From: Macrostomum lignano
Lineage: Eukaryota
Length of the DNA stretch: 64,000 bases
Assembly: GCA_002269645.1 (NCBI GenBank)
Contig: NIVC01000180.1
Coordinates: 767,981-831,980, forward strand
Direction: 5' to 3'
Shown here: positions 39,645 through 51,291 of the stretch, piece by piece
Layout of the letters: every line of letters begins with the position of its first letter
Numbering within the stretch: position 1 is the first letter of the stretch
Position numbers and translations under genes: made by a program
The notes under the pieces: generated by a model
The model's database searches: none
Seen by the model: only the letters and a program-made list of their open reading frames with translations
What the model was told of the DNA's origin: nothing

Positions 39645-41655
39645 TAAGGAGACACTAGGACGGACACACTAACAGACACACTAACGGACACTAGGACAGA
39701 CACACTCACAGACACTAGGACAAACACTAACGGACACTAGGACAGAAACACTAACGGACACTAGGACAGACACACTAACGGACACTAGGACAGACACACT
39801 AACGGACAATAGGACAGACACACTAACGGACAATAGGACAGACACACTCACAGACACTAGGACAAACACTAACGGACACTAGGACAAACGCTAACGGACA
39901 CTAGGACAGACGCACTAACGGACACTCGGACAGACACACTCACAGACACTAGGACGGACGCACTAAAACAGACATAAGGACGGACACACTAACAGACACA
40001 AGGACAGAAACACTAACGGACACTAGGACAGACACACTAACGGACACTAGGACAGACACACTAACGGACAATAGGACAGACACACTCACAGACACTAGGA
40101 CAGAAACACTAACGGACACTAGGACAGACACACTAACGGACACTAGGACAGACACACTAACGGACAATAGGACAGACACACTCACAGACACTATGACAAA
40201 CACTAACGGACACTAGGACAGACACACTAACGGACACTAGGACAAACACTAACGGACACTAGGACAAACGCTAACGGACACTAGGACAGACGCACTAACG
40301 GACACTAGGACAGACACACTCACAGACACTAGGACGGACACCTAAAACAGACATAAGGACGGACACACTAACAGACACTAGGACAGAAACACTAACGGAC
40401 ACTAGGACAGACACACTAACGGACACTAGGACAGACACACTAACGGACAATAGGACAGACACACTCACAGACACTAGGACAAACACTAACGGACACTAGG
40501 ACAGACACACTAACGGACACTAGGACAGACACACTAACGGACAATAGGACAGACACACTCACAGACACTAGGACAAACACTAACGGACACTAGGACAGAC
40601 ACACTAACGGACACTAGGACAAACACTAACGGACACTAGGACAAACGCTAACGGACACTAGGACAGACGCACTAACGGACACTAGGACAGGCACACTCAC
40701 AGACACTAGGACGGACACACTAAAACAGACATAAGGACGGACACACTAACAGACACTAGGACAGAAACACTAACGGACACTAGGACAGACACACTAACGG
40801 ACACTAGGACAGACACACTAACGGACAATAGGACAGACACACTAACGGACAATAGGACAGACACACTAACGGACAATAGGACAGACACACTCACAGACAC
40901 TAGGACAAACACTAACGGACACTAGGACAGACACACTAACGGACACTAGGACAGACACACTAACGGAAAATAGGAAAGACACACTCACAGACACTAGGAC
41001 AAACACTAACGGACACTAGGACAGACACACTAACGGACACTAGGACAGACACACTAACGGACAATAGGACAGACACACTCACAGACACTAGGACAAACAC
41101 TAACGGACACTAGGACAGACACACTAACGGACACTAGGACAGACACACTAACGGACAATAGGACAGACACACTCACAGACACTAGGACAAACACTAACGG
41201 ACACTAGGACAGACACACTAACGGACACTAGGACAGACACACTAACGGACAATAGGACAGACACACTCACAGACACTAGGACAAACACTAACGGACACTA
41301 GGACAGACACACTAACGGACACTAGGACAGACACACTAACGGACAATAGGACAGACACACTCACAGACACTAGGACAAACACTAACGGACACTAGGACAG
41401 ACACACTAACGGACACTAGGACAGACACACTAACGGACACTAGGACAGACACACTAACGGACAATAGGACAGACACACTAACGGACAATAGGACAGACAC
41501 ACTCACAGACACTAGGACAAACACTAACGGACACTAGGACAGACACACTCACAGACACTAGGACGGACACACTAAAACAGACATAAGGAAGGACACACTC
41601 ACAGACACAAGGACGGACACTAGGAAAGACACACTAGAACAGACACTAAGACAGA
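39645..41655. repeat. Minisatellite, 24-bp unit GACACTAGGACAGACACACTAACG with higher-order structure
   Basis: About 2 kb of tandem copies. Confidence 0.96.
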
Positions 41656-43079
41656 AACTAGGAAAGCATTAAGAGCTCTAAAATCGCTTGACAGGCCTGT
41701 GGGTTGGAGTGTCCATCGTCACCCCCTGGAGATCCTGGAGCTGGTGTTCCAGCTCGGCCAGCTGGTCGCGCTCCGCCTGTCTCTGACATTGAGCAAATCG
41801 AAATCAGTGCAGTCTGGATCCGAGCACGACATCCAGCAGAACGCACCGCGGAGCATCTACATGGTGGACGCCTTCATGCGTTCAGACGATTTGAACGACG
41901 ATTTGTCTCGATTTGATGCAAACGGTAAGTTTCAGCTCGAGTCCAGCTTTTAAAATTCTCTAAACACAAAAATTCTCCACCAAGTTTGAGGATGATCAAG
42001 GACAAGATACAAAATCGATTGAATCCGTGGTGAACTCAATAAAACTCGATGAAAACAGTTTTAATATTTTTGGTCCTGAACAAAGACATTTTTTAAATCT
42101 GATATACGCTTGGATCGTGCATGCAAACTTAAAGCTATTCACTTAATTTGCCATTTTTGCGACAACAAAATCTTTGTTACAGTTACTACTAGTTAAACAA
42201 TAATATTCTCATACTTAATATCCATATAACTGTAACTGTTGTTTTGCTATATATTTTTATTCATTGTTAGTAAGTTATTTGTTAGTAAGTAATTGATTAA
42301 AATATTTAATGTTTACTCTTTACTTCTTAAAATATTTTAATAAGTATTTATAGCCAGATATTATTGTGTTTAAGACCGATATATTTCGTGCAACACTTTG
42401 ATAACGACTAAATACTAAGCTAGATTAAGTTCAAACTAACTATTGATGCATAGCCACTTTTGCACAGTCGGTAACTTTTAAAAACTTGTCACAGATATTC
42501 CATTAGATTATGGATTTGCGTATGACATATGAATATGACAAATTAACCGATATGGGTACAAAAAATTAAAAATACATATACTGTTTGCGGTAGATGAATA
42601 TTCTGATGTAAAATATCATTGCTTATTTAACGGTTATCTTATTCAATCATTTTGATTGGGAAGTCGCAACGTTTTGGGAAATTTAAATCATTTAATTAGG
42701 AGCATCAAAAGACTACAATCGATTTTCAAATACCGCGATAGCGCCATTTAATTCATCACAGTCATAATGCTTGAAAAGTTGCTTTGCTCGCCTCGAGACC
42801 ATTAAGCGTAGCCTCAGACTTCTAACCATATAGGAATGATTATAGCAGCGCTAGATATTTCGATTTCTCTAATAAAGAACCTGAATTCAGTACCTGAATG
42901 CACTGACGATGACTATACGTCAAAAATGCGTTCTTTACCGGATCCCAGCTTAGTTCAAAGAAATTCAAGTGTAGCGAATAAGCTGCACTGCTGCAGCGCA
43001 AAATTTTGCAGCCGAGAGTAGGCCGCCGATACATTTGAGTTCATAATGAGCCAATAGGAAAATAACAAAGTATCCCTGA

Positions 43080-43830
43080 AGCCCCCGGCCCGGCAGTAGG
43101 GTTGGTCCTACAGGGTACAGTTTCGAGTACAAGCGGGTCCTTGCTTAGCCTGCGCGCGGGCGCTAGGGCGAGCACTTCCCCTGACAGTCTGGGGCGTCAG
43201 GACGCACCCACGCAGCCTTCCCACGCGTCGGGACGCAGTGGTGCGGGCCGCCTTCAGCGAGGCGTCGGGACGCACTGGCTGGCGTAAAGGCGTAGGTACG
43301 TACGGTAGGTACCCTTCTGACGTCTCCCTCTAATCGAGCTGAGTCGGCGTCAGGACACACGGACTCTCTGTCCCCCCTAGGCAACCGAAAGAAGGAAGGC
43401 AGGGTGCGCACTTACTCAGCTGGCGGCGGTCGCTCAGAGCCGGTGCAGGTAGGTGGCCTTTCCGATATATTTCTTTTCAGGTCGTACGATCGTAACTTTG
43501 GTGGCTGTATAGCGCTGACGGAATGCAGAGTTCTAAGAGAGGGGGGATAGCCGAGCCGCGCACCGCTCCAACCCGCCGCGAGCGATGCTAAATAGCACAC
43601 GCCCGCGGAGGGGGGGGGGGAGGGCCACGGGCTCTCTACCCCACGACCCCACCAACCCCCCAGCCAACCCCCCCCCCCCGGGGACGGCAGCACCAAGCCC
43701 GCCGCCGGCTCAGCCAATCACTACACGCCTGGGCTGGCGGGGCGAGCGAACAAAAACCAAAAAACCAAACCGACTTAAGCCTCTGGCTGCGGCATACGCA
43801 AGGGAGGGAGGGGGTAATAACAAAAAATAA
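43080..43830 (-). mobile_element. GC-rich dispersed repeat of unknown class, copy B (longer)
   Basis: Inverted homology to 39265-39500; repeated GCGTC(C/A)GGAC motifs. Outer boundaries are approximate. Confidence 0.6.
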
Positions 43831-44181
43831 TGCAGGCAAACAGTTGAGGGGTGACTCAGCCCGCTGGGAGGCTAGGTGCACTGGCAATGTAAAAGTGCAT
43901 AGCACAACAAATCGTTGCAGTGTTAGAGACGTATACAACCTGCTTTATTCAATATAAGAAATGTGCATACGTGTAAGTCTTTTGTCAGTCAGGTTGGTAA
44001 TTGAGCCGATCAAGATGAGAATAAATACACTATTAAAAGAACAAACAATTTTGCCCGTCTATGGTAGATGGGCACCAGGGTCTGTATTCCTCCCCCAACC
44101 CGGGAATAGTACTCGTCAGTACTCACGCTATTCAAAACACATTCTATTAAATGAATGCAGATTTGACCCGATCGATTTGCA

Positions 44182-46048
44182 ATGCTGACCTACTTGCTTC
44201 GATGCTTCACACCCAAGAAGATCGCTCGGTGTGTGCTGCTGACCGCCCTCTGCATAGTCAGCGCAAAGATCTGCCTCCTCTGGCTCCGCAGTCCGGGCAG
44301 TTGTCGCGGGTACCCCAAGGCCGCAGCATTGAATGCAACGCCAGCGCAGAAGCTGCCAAGCGTTGAGTTCTACATCCGGCTGCTCAGCACGAGGGCGCCA
44401 TTCCGCACCGATTTGTTCGGGCCGCAGATCACCGCAACTGAGCTGCGGGCCATCCTGCGCCTGCTGTGGACCTTCTTGGACCTCTGCGAGCAGCGCGGCC
44501 TGCCTGCCCTGCTGTACGGCAACTCTCTGCTGGGCTCCTACCGACACCACGGTGTGGTTCCGTGGGACGACAGCGTCAGCCTGCTGATGAAGGGGGCCGA
44601 CCAGGGCAAGCTGGCCGACGCACTGGCTGGGTAAGAATTTCCGGATTGCGATCAAGGCCCTGGGAGCCCGGTTTTGCATGTCAAAATATTGAATTCACTC
44701 TGGATAGTTCTCTGGTTTCACACGTATTGCGTGCTCGACTGGGGAATATAACATACTGGGAAGTGACAAGAGACACTGACGAGTGACAAGAAGTGAAAGG
44801 AGACAAGAAATAGGTGACAAGAGAGACACTAGAAAGCGACAAGAGTCACTGGGAATTGGTTAGACTGGGGAGTGAGTGGAATTCTCTTGTCATTGGGGAG
44901 TGAGTGGAATTCTCTTGTCATTGGGGAGTGACAAGAGACACCGGGAGTGACAAAAGATACTCGGGAGTGACAATCGACACTTGGGAGTGACAAGATGACA
45001 AAAGACACAGAGAGAGACACTGGGGAGCGAGTGGAGTCACTGGAGAGTGAGTGGAGTCACTGGAGAGTGGGTGGAGTCACTGTAGAGTGAGTGGAGTCAC
45101 TGGAGAGTGAGTGGAGTCACTGGAGAGTGAGTGGAGTCACTGGAGAGTGAGTGGAGTCACTGGAGAGTGAGTGGAGTCACTGGAGAGTGAGTGGAGTCAC
45201 TGGAGAGTGAGTGGAGTCACTGGAGAGTGAGTGGAGTCACTGGAGAGTGAGTGGAGTCACTGGAGAGTGAGTGGAGTCACTGGAGAGTGAGTGGAGTCAC
45301 TGGAGAGTGAGTGGAGTCACTGGAGAGTGAGTGGAGTCACTGGAGAGTGAGTGGAGTCACTGGAGAGTGAGTGGAGTCACTGGAGAGTGAGTGGAGTCAC
45401 TGGAGAGTGAGTGGAGTCACTGGAGAGTGAGTGGAGTCACTGGAGAGTGAGTGGAGTGGAGTCACTGGGGAAGACCTGAACACTGCACAATGTAATCTAA
45501 AGGCTGCTCAAATTTTGACCAGACACGCGGACCTGCGCCTGACTCAGGCAGGCAGCTGGAGAGTGTGGAGCCAGTCTGTCTGCTTTCGGTGGGTCCAGCG
45601 CGGCTGCTGGCCCTTCATCGAGCTGTCCTTTTACAGCCTGCAGGCTGGCCATGTGCAGGTGAGCCAGGCCGGAGAGACCAGCGGGGTGCGCCTCTACCCG
45701 CTGGAGCTGACGCTGCCGCCGCACAAGCGGCCCTTCATGGGCCGCTGGGTGGACTCGCCCAGGGACGCGCTGGGCTTTTTGGCCCTCGCCGCAGAGGCCT
45801 CGGCCAGCTGCCGGAGCCTCGCCTATTCGCACCAGCTGGAAGCCCCGTTGGCCCCCGAGACGATAGGCTGCGAGAAGCTCGCGCCGGTGTACCCGTTCGC
45901 GGTTCGCGCGGCCGACAGCGCGCCGAGTTGTCGTGGCGTCCTGGAGACGCTGAAATTTCCCGACAGCGAGCCGATGTACACCGTGGCAGTGAGCGAGCCG
46001 CTGGATGCCCTCAATGCCGACTACAGCACCCTCAGACTGCGCCAGTGA
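44182..46048 (+). CDS. LicD/fukutin-related nucleotidyltransferase-fold type II membrane protein; join(44182..44630,45523..46048), 324 aa
   Basis: N-terminal TM segment (CVLLTALCIVSAKICLLWL), LYGNSLLGSYRHHGVVPWDDSVSL, WPFIELSFY. GT-AG intron, phase 2, continuous frame. Confidence 0.85.
45021..45470. repeat. Minisatellite, 20-bp unit GAGTGAGTGGAGTCACTGGA (LicD-like intron)
   Basis: About 20 near-perfect copies. Confidence 0.96.
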
Positions 46049-46185
46049 CGGACTGATTGGGGACAGTTTCGCCGCTCAGATTGCACTAATAAATGCCTCA
46101 ATTCACCTAGCTAACTTGCTTTAAAACTGTAGTAGGAAAAGCTGATGAAATTAACAACTGATTTTTCTGGTTCATTCATTATCAA

Positions 46186-46394
<209 letters not shown>

Positions 46395-46859
46395 CGGCTT
46401 GAAAAGAATCACTTGACAGAAGATGTTTCTGTGACGAGATTACTGTAAGTTATGCATGCCGAAGCTCAATAACCAACGCACAGGCACACAGAGGGTCAGA
46501 CAGCATTGACAGGCAAACAACATTTTGTCCCGTAGCTACAGACAAGCAGGCCAAAAGAAAAGCTGGATTTGTTGCTTGCAGCAGAAGCTGATCAGTCAAG
46601 ACCAATTAGTCCGAACTTGTCCCGAGCTTTGTCGAGTTCCTTGGCCGGTAGTTTGCCTGATGCACGGAAAAGATTAGCAGTTTTCCATCTTCAGTGCGTG
46701 CGCTGCTGTGCAGCAAGATGGAGATTCTCTGATAACCGTGCTGAAATTCATTCAGGCAATGGGGAGAGAGAATCTGGTTGTCAAGCCCTTCCTGGCTGCA
46801 CTGGACAAGTCCAGGAATCTTGGAGCTTTTCTGGATGCGCCAAGCAGTTCTTTTTGGGT

Positions 46860-48257
46860 GCCAGCTTCCCAGATCCTCAGTTGCTGGGCCAGCCTCCCAG
46901 ATCCTCAGTTGCTGAGCCAGCCTCCCAGATCCTGAGTTGCTGAGCCAGCCTCCCAGTTCCTCAGTTGCTGAGCCAGCCTCCCAGATCCTCAGTTGCTGGG
47001 CCAGCCTCCCAGATCCTCAGTTGCTGGGCCAGCCTCCCAGATCCTCAGTTGCTGGGCCAGCCTCCCAGATCCTCAGTTGCTGCTACAGCCTCCCGATCCT
47101 CAGTTGCTGAGCCAGCCTCCCAGATCCTCAGTTGCCGGGCCAGCCTCCCAGATCCTCAGTTGCTGGGCCAGTCTCCCAGATCCTCAGTTGCTGGGCCAGC
47201 CTCCCAGATTCTCAGTTGCTGGGCCAGCCTCCCAGAGTGTCAGTTGCTGGGCCAGCCTCCCAGAGTGTCAGTTGCTGGGCCAGCCTCCCAGAGTGTCAGT
47301 TGCTGTACCAGCCGCCCAGATCCTCAGTTGCTGGGCCAGCCTCCCAGAGTGTCAGTTGCTGGGCCAGCCTCCCAGATCCTCAGTTGCTGAGCCAGCCTCC
47401 CAGATCCCCAGTTGCTGGGACAGCCTCCCAATCCCCAGTTGCTGAGCCAGCCTCCCGATCCCCAGTTGCTGGGACAGCCTCCCGATCCTCAGTTTCTGGG
47501 ACAGCCTCCCGATCCTCAGTTTCTGGGCCAGTCTCCCAGATCCTCAGTTGCTGAGCCAGCCTCCCAGATCCTCAGTTGCTGGGTCAGCCTCCCAGATCCT
47601 CAGTTGCCGGGCCAGCCTCCCAGATCCTCAGTTGCCGGGCCAGCCTCCCAGATCCTCAGTTGCTAGGCCAGCCTAACAGATCCTCAGTTGTTGGACTAGC
47701 CTCCCAGATCCTCAGTTGCTCGGGCCAGCCTCCCAGATCCTCAGTTGCTCGGGCCAGCCTCCCAGATCCTCAGTTGTTGGACTAGCCTCCCAGATCCTCA
47801 GTTGCTGGGCCAGCCTCCCAGATCCTCAGTTGTTGTTGGACTACCCTCCCAGATCCTCAGTTGTTGGACTAGCCTCCTAGATCCTCAGTTTCTGGGCCAG
47901 CCTCCCAGATCCTCAGTTGCTGAGCCAGCCTCCCAGATCCTCAGTTGCTGGGCCAGCCTCCCAGATCCTCAGTTGCTGGGCCAGCCTCCCAGATCCTCAG
48001 TTGCTGGGCCAGCCTCCCAGATCCTCAGTTGCTGCTACAGCCTCCCGATCCTCAGTTGCTGAGCCAGCCTCCCAGATCCTCAGTTGCCGGGCCAGCCTCC
48101 CAGATCCTCAGTTGCCGGGCCAGCCTCCCAGATCCTCAGTTGCCGGGCCAGCCTCCCAGATCCTCAGTTGCTGAGCCAGCCTCCCAGATCCTCAGTTGCC
48201 GGGCCAGCCTCCCAGATCCTCAGTTGCTGAGCCAGCCTCCCAGATCCTCAGTTGCTG
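46860..48257. repeat. Minisatellite, 28-bp unit CCCAGATCCTCAGTTGCTGGGCCAGCCT (second locus)
   Basis: Same unit and orientation as 13965-14575. Confidence 0.96.
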
Positions 48258-50027
48258 GTGTGATAAATACAATATAAATATATTGCATGCACGATAAGCA
48301 ATTATTTAGGCCCTAGACAAACCTATTTTTGGAGCGTTCAGAGATTTTAAAGCTATTGACCCTAATTGCCTATCGCCGGTCGGCGAGTCCTACCAATCTT
48401 TCTCCAATAGTCACAGTACGGTACAAGAAAAGAAGGAACACAGGTGAACACGAACCGAATACATGTAGATTTAGAGAGTGATAATCCTATATGAATAAAG
48501 CTGATAATGGCTAGACGATTTAATTTGATTATTCAGGCTACAGGATTCAAGCAATTCGCGGCGCAGATAATTAGACTGATGATAACGAATAATAACGATT
48601 GATAATAATGATTATATTACGCACTGACAAGCGGATCTCAGCTTGAAGAAGAAGAAGGAGGCACCGAACACAGGACCACGGAGAAAGACTCCTAACCCCT
48701 GGCCTAAGCCAGAACCTACACTCAAACGAGAGCCCTGCCGAATCGACCGTTCAACGGAGTACCGACTAAGTTCTATCGGCACTGCCCTTCAGTGTGACAC
48801 TGAGGCCCTCGGGATCGAGGCCGCGTACTTGATCAGATCCGACAGTCTCTATCTAAACCGCGCTTGATAGCGACGACGTCAGACAAGGATGCCGAATCGT
48901 TACGCTACAAGACTGAAGCGGTTGGGCGGGAACAAAGTATGGACCGGGGTGACGAAATCAAAACGCCTCAAAGCGCGAACCAAAGGGAAACAGGCCACCG
49001 GCCGGGAAGCTGGACAAAACCAAGAACCGGGAAAAGAAGGGGGAAAAAGTGAGATCCGATTGCCAAACACACTTTCATTTATAGTCAGAGTCACAACCCC
49101 TCAAAACCCCCCTCAAGCCGGGTGGTGGTCGTCTGGCCGGCCGCTTGCTTAAGCCGAATTGCACTGTGCCCGCGGCGCCGGGTAGAATTGGAACTTGCCG
49201 CGTGCCAGGGTCCAGGCCGGTTCTGATTGGCTGGCCGCGCAAAGCTGGGGTTCGCAGACAAAAACTCAACCCTCCGCTGAGTCACAGATGGCGTCTGACT
49301 TCTAGCCTGTTTACGCAAAATTGATTCTATCTAACAAGGAAAAAGTACACCAAAAACGTATGACTAAACTAAAGCAAAATAATAATTCAATAACAATAAT
49401 GCAAAAACTAACTAATAGAATACAAGGCTATCGCAAAAGATGCTCACACTACACTGGGGATAGCTTCGTGTCAGATAATAACTGAATCCAAAAATTGAAA
49501 ACAGCGGAATGTTAAGTAAAAGACATCATGGGTTGATTATCATGATTACAGCGAAGACATAAATAAGACATCCCGGATCAGTAAATAAGACTCAATCCTC
49601 TCAATTCACGTTAGCCCGGAGGGCCCAACAAATGACAAGCGAAAACCCCTTTGTCGGTCTCCAATTGGCTGTGCCGCCCCTCGCCCCCCCCCCCCCAACC
49701 CGGGTACTTCTCTTCTTCTCCGGGGCCAGTGAAGTTCAGACTCGGCTCGCAAACTCAGTCGGATCTCTCGTTGCGTTTCGCCTCGGATCACAGCCGGCTG
49801 CGGTGGGACCTCCTGCGCGCTGCATCGCGAATCCATTGAGTAAGCTGAAGCTGGTCAGCTTGTCACAATTGTGATTGAACATTAGAGAACTGCATGGCCT
49901 CACTTTTTTGCTTGTAATTGGCCTGTTTTATTGCCTGAGCTGGGGTGTTGGTTCTGCTCTTTGCGTAGCGCTTAAATCAGATTTCCAACTTTGTGTTCAA
50001 AGCCCAAAATTGCTAGAGAGCTCTGCA

Positions 50028-50278
50028 ACACGAGGCGCTGAAATCTGGTATTGAGGCGCTGAAATCTGGTATTGAGGCGCTAAAATTAGGTATTGAGGCG
50101 CTAAAATCAGGTATTGAGGCGCTAAAATCAGGTATTGAGGCGCTAAAATCGGGTATTGAGCCGCTAAAATCGGGTATTGAGGCCCTAAAATCTGGTATTG
50201 AGTCGCTAAAATCGGGTACTGAGTTGCTATACAATCGGGTGCTGAGTCCTTAAAACCGGTATTGAGGCGCTAAAATCG
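50028..50278. repeat. Minisatellite, 21-bp unit GCTAAAATCGGGTATTGAGGC
   Basis: About 11 copies. Confidence 0.92.
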
Positions 50279-51291
50279 GCCGGGATGACACGCTGGAAGC
50301 CACGTCCTTTACGCTGATCATCCGTAGTTCCGGCAGCAGTTGCCAAGGCAGGCGCATCATCGGCAGTCAGAGCATTTCATATTTGTTTGTCTCTCCCAGA
50401 TTAATGCTCATATAATACTTACGACTGCTTGCAACTCATTTTGTTCCACAATTGCACAATACACAGCTAGCCTGGGGCCGGCCCCGGGCTGCTTCATGCA
50501 TAATTCAATGCCCAGCCACTTATGCAGGGTTTGGCTGAGTTTGGGAGAAGGGAATGCAATAGATTAACCAGGCCGGAGTGATCAAGCTTTTAAATCCCTG
50601 CCAGCTCACGCCGTTCTCATTTCCCACGACTCAATGTCTGAGCTCTGCCCATCCCTGATTGATGGGGTTTTTAGTGAGGCCCCGATCCCCGATCCCAATC
50701 CTTCTCCCTCTGCCCCCTCCCGACCATCTCGAGTTCAGGGACCGAATTAATGATCAGGGCTGAGACCCACCGGCCCTTCGAACATCCGAACACAGTGGAG
50801 CTTCGAGCTTGCTGTCAGACCAGCAGGGCACAGATGCAGTGCGCACAGTGCATGCTAATCATCTGCCTTTTTGCACCTTGGCTTGGGCAGTGCAGCTTCC
50901 TGCCTGTTTAGCTGGTGTCAAATTGCAATTCAACAACTGAAGGAATTAAGCTTTGTATTTTTAACAGTAAAGTGACAAACTAGTGACAAACTTTGAGTAA
51001 CCGTGTGGTTTGCCTGAGGTTGATTAAGCCATTTTGTTAGAGATGTTAAATTTTGAGACTGGAAAGCAATCCAAACACGATCCTGCATGGGAAACTTCGG
51101 TTGTTCCCACCGAATTATTTTGGCGCTTGTTCTGGTAAACTGCTCATTAGGTTGCTGAGATCAATTACTTGTACCCCGGGTGCAGATTCTCTTCAGAGCT
51201 CTGAGAGACCAGATTATTTTTACTTCAACAACTCCTGCTGAGTGTTCTCTCATCAACTGCTGTCCTCCCGGCAGTGGCCTCTCTGCCGCAG

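Larger units (their letters stand above)
37927..41953 (+). pseudogene. DEG/ENaC (ASIC/FaNaC-like) channel gene, apparently incomplete or disrupted; recognisable parts 37927-38236, ~38843-39030, 41695-41924
   Basis: FAEQTTAHGL (HG motif), TM1 RRFVWGLAILGACAGF, YLSYPVST, FPSGTIC; DTVLYCRYNSEPCSFENFT; TM2 GLWVGVSIVT/LEILELVF split by a 1-nt frameshift in CCCCC at ~41722-41726. The central Cys-rich ectodomain is not found. Confidence 0.75.

Noticed and set aside
44774-44810. Hammerhead ribozyme core (CTGACGAG…GAAA); also CTGAGGA in the 28-bp repeat
   Set aside because: Stem II and flanking stems do not pair, and the 28-bp unit lacks GAAA.
46700-46860. Possible exon QQDGDSLITVLKFIQAMG…SSSFW before the 28-bp array
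   Set aside because: No recognisable motif and no compatible downstream exon found.
48259-49867. Solo LTR bounded by TGTGAT…GTCACA
   Set aside because: Flanks (CTGG vs ATTG) show no target-site duplication.
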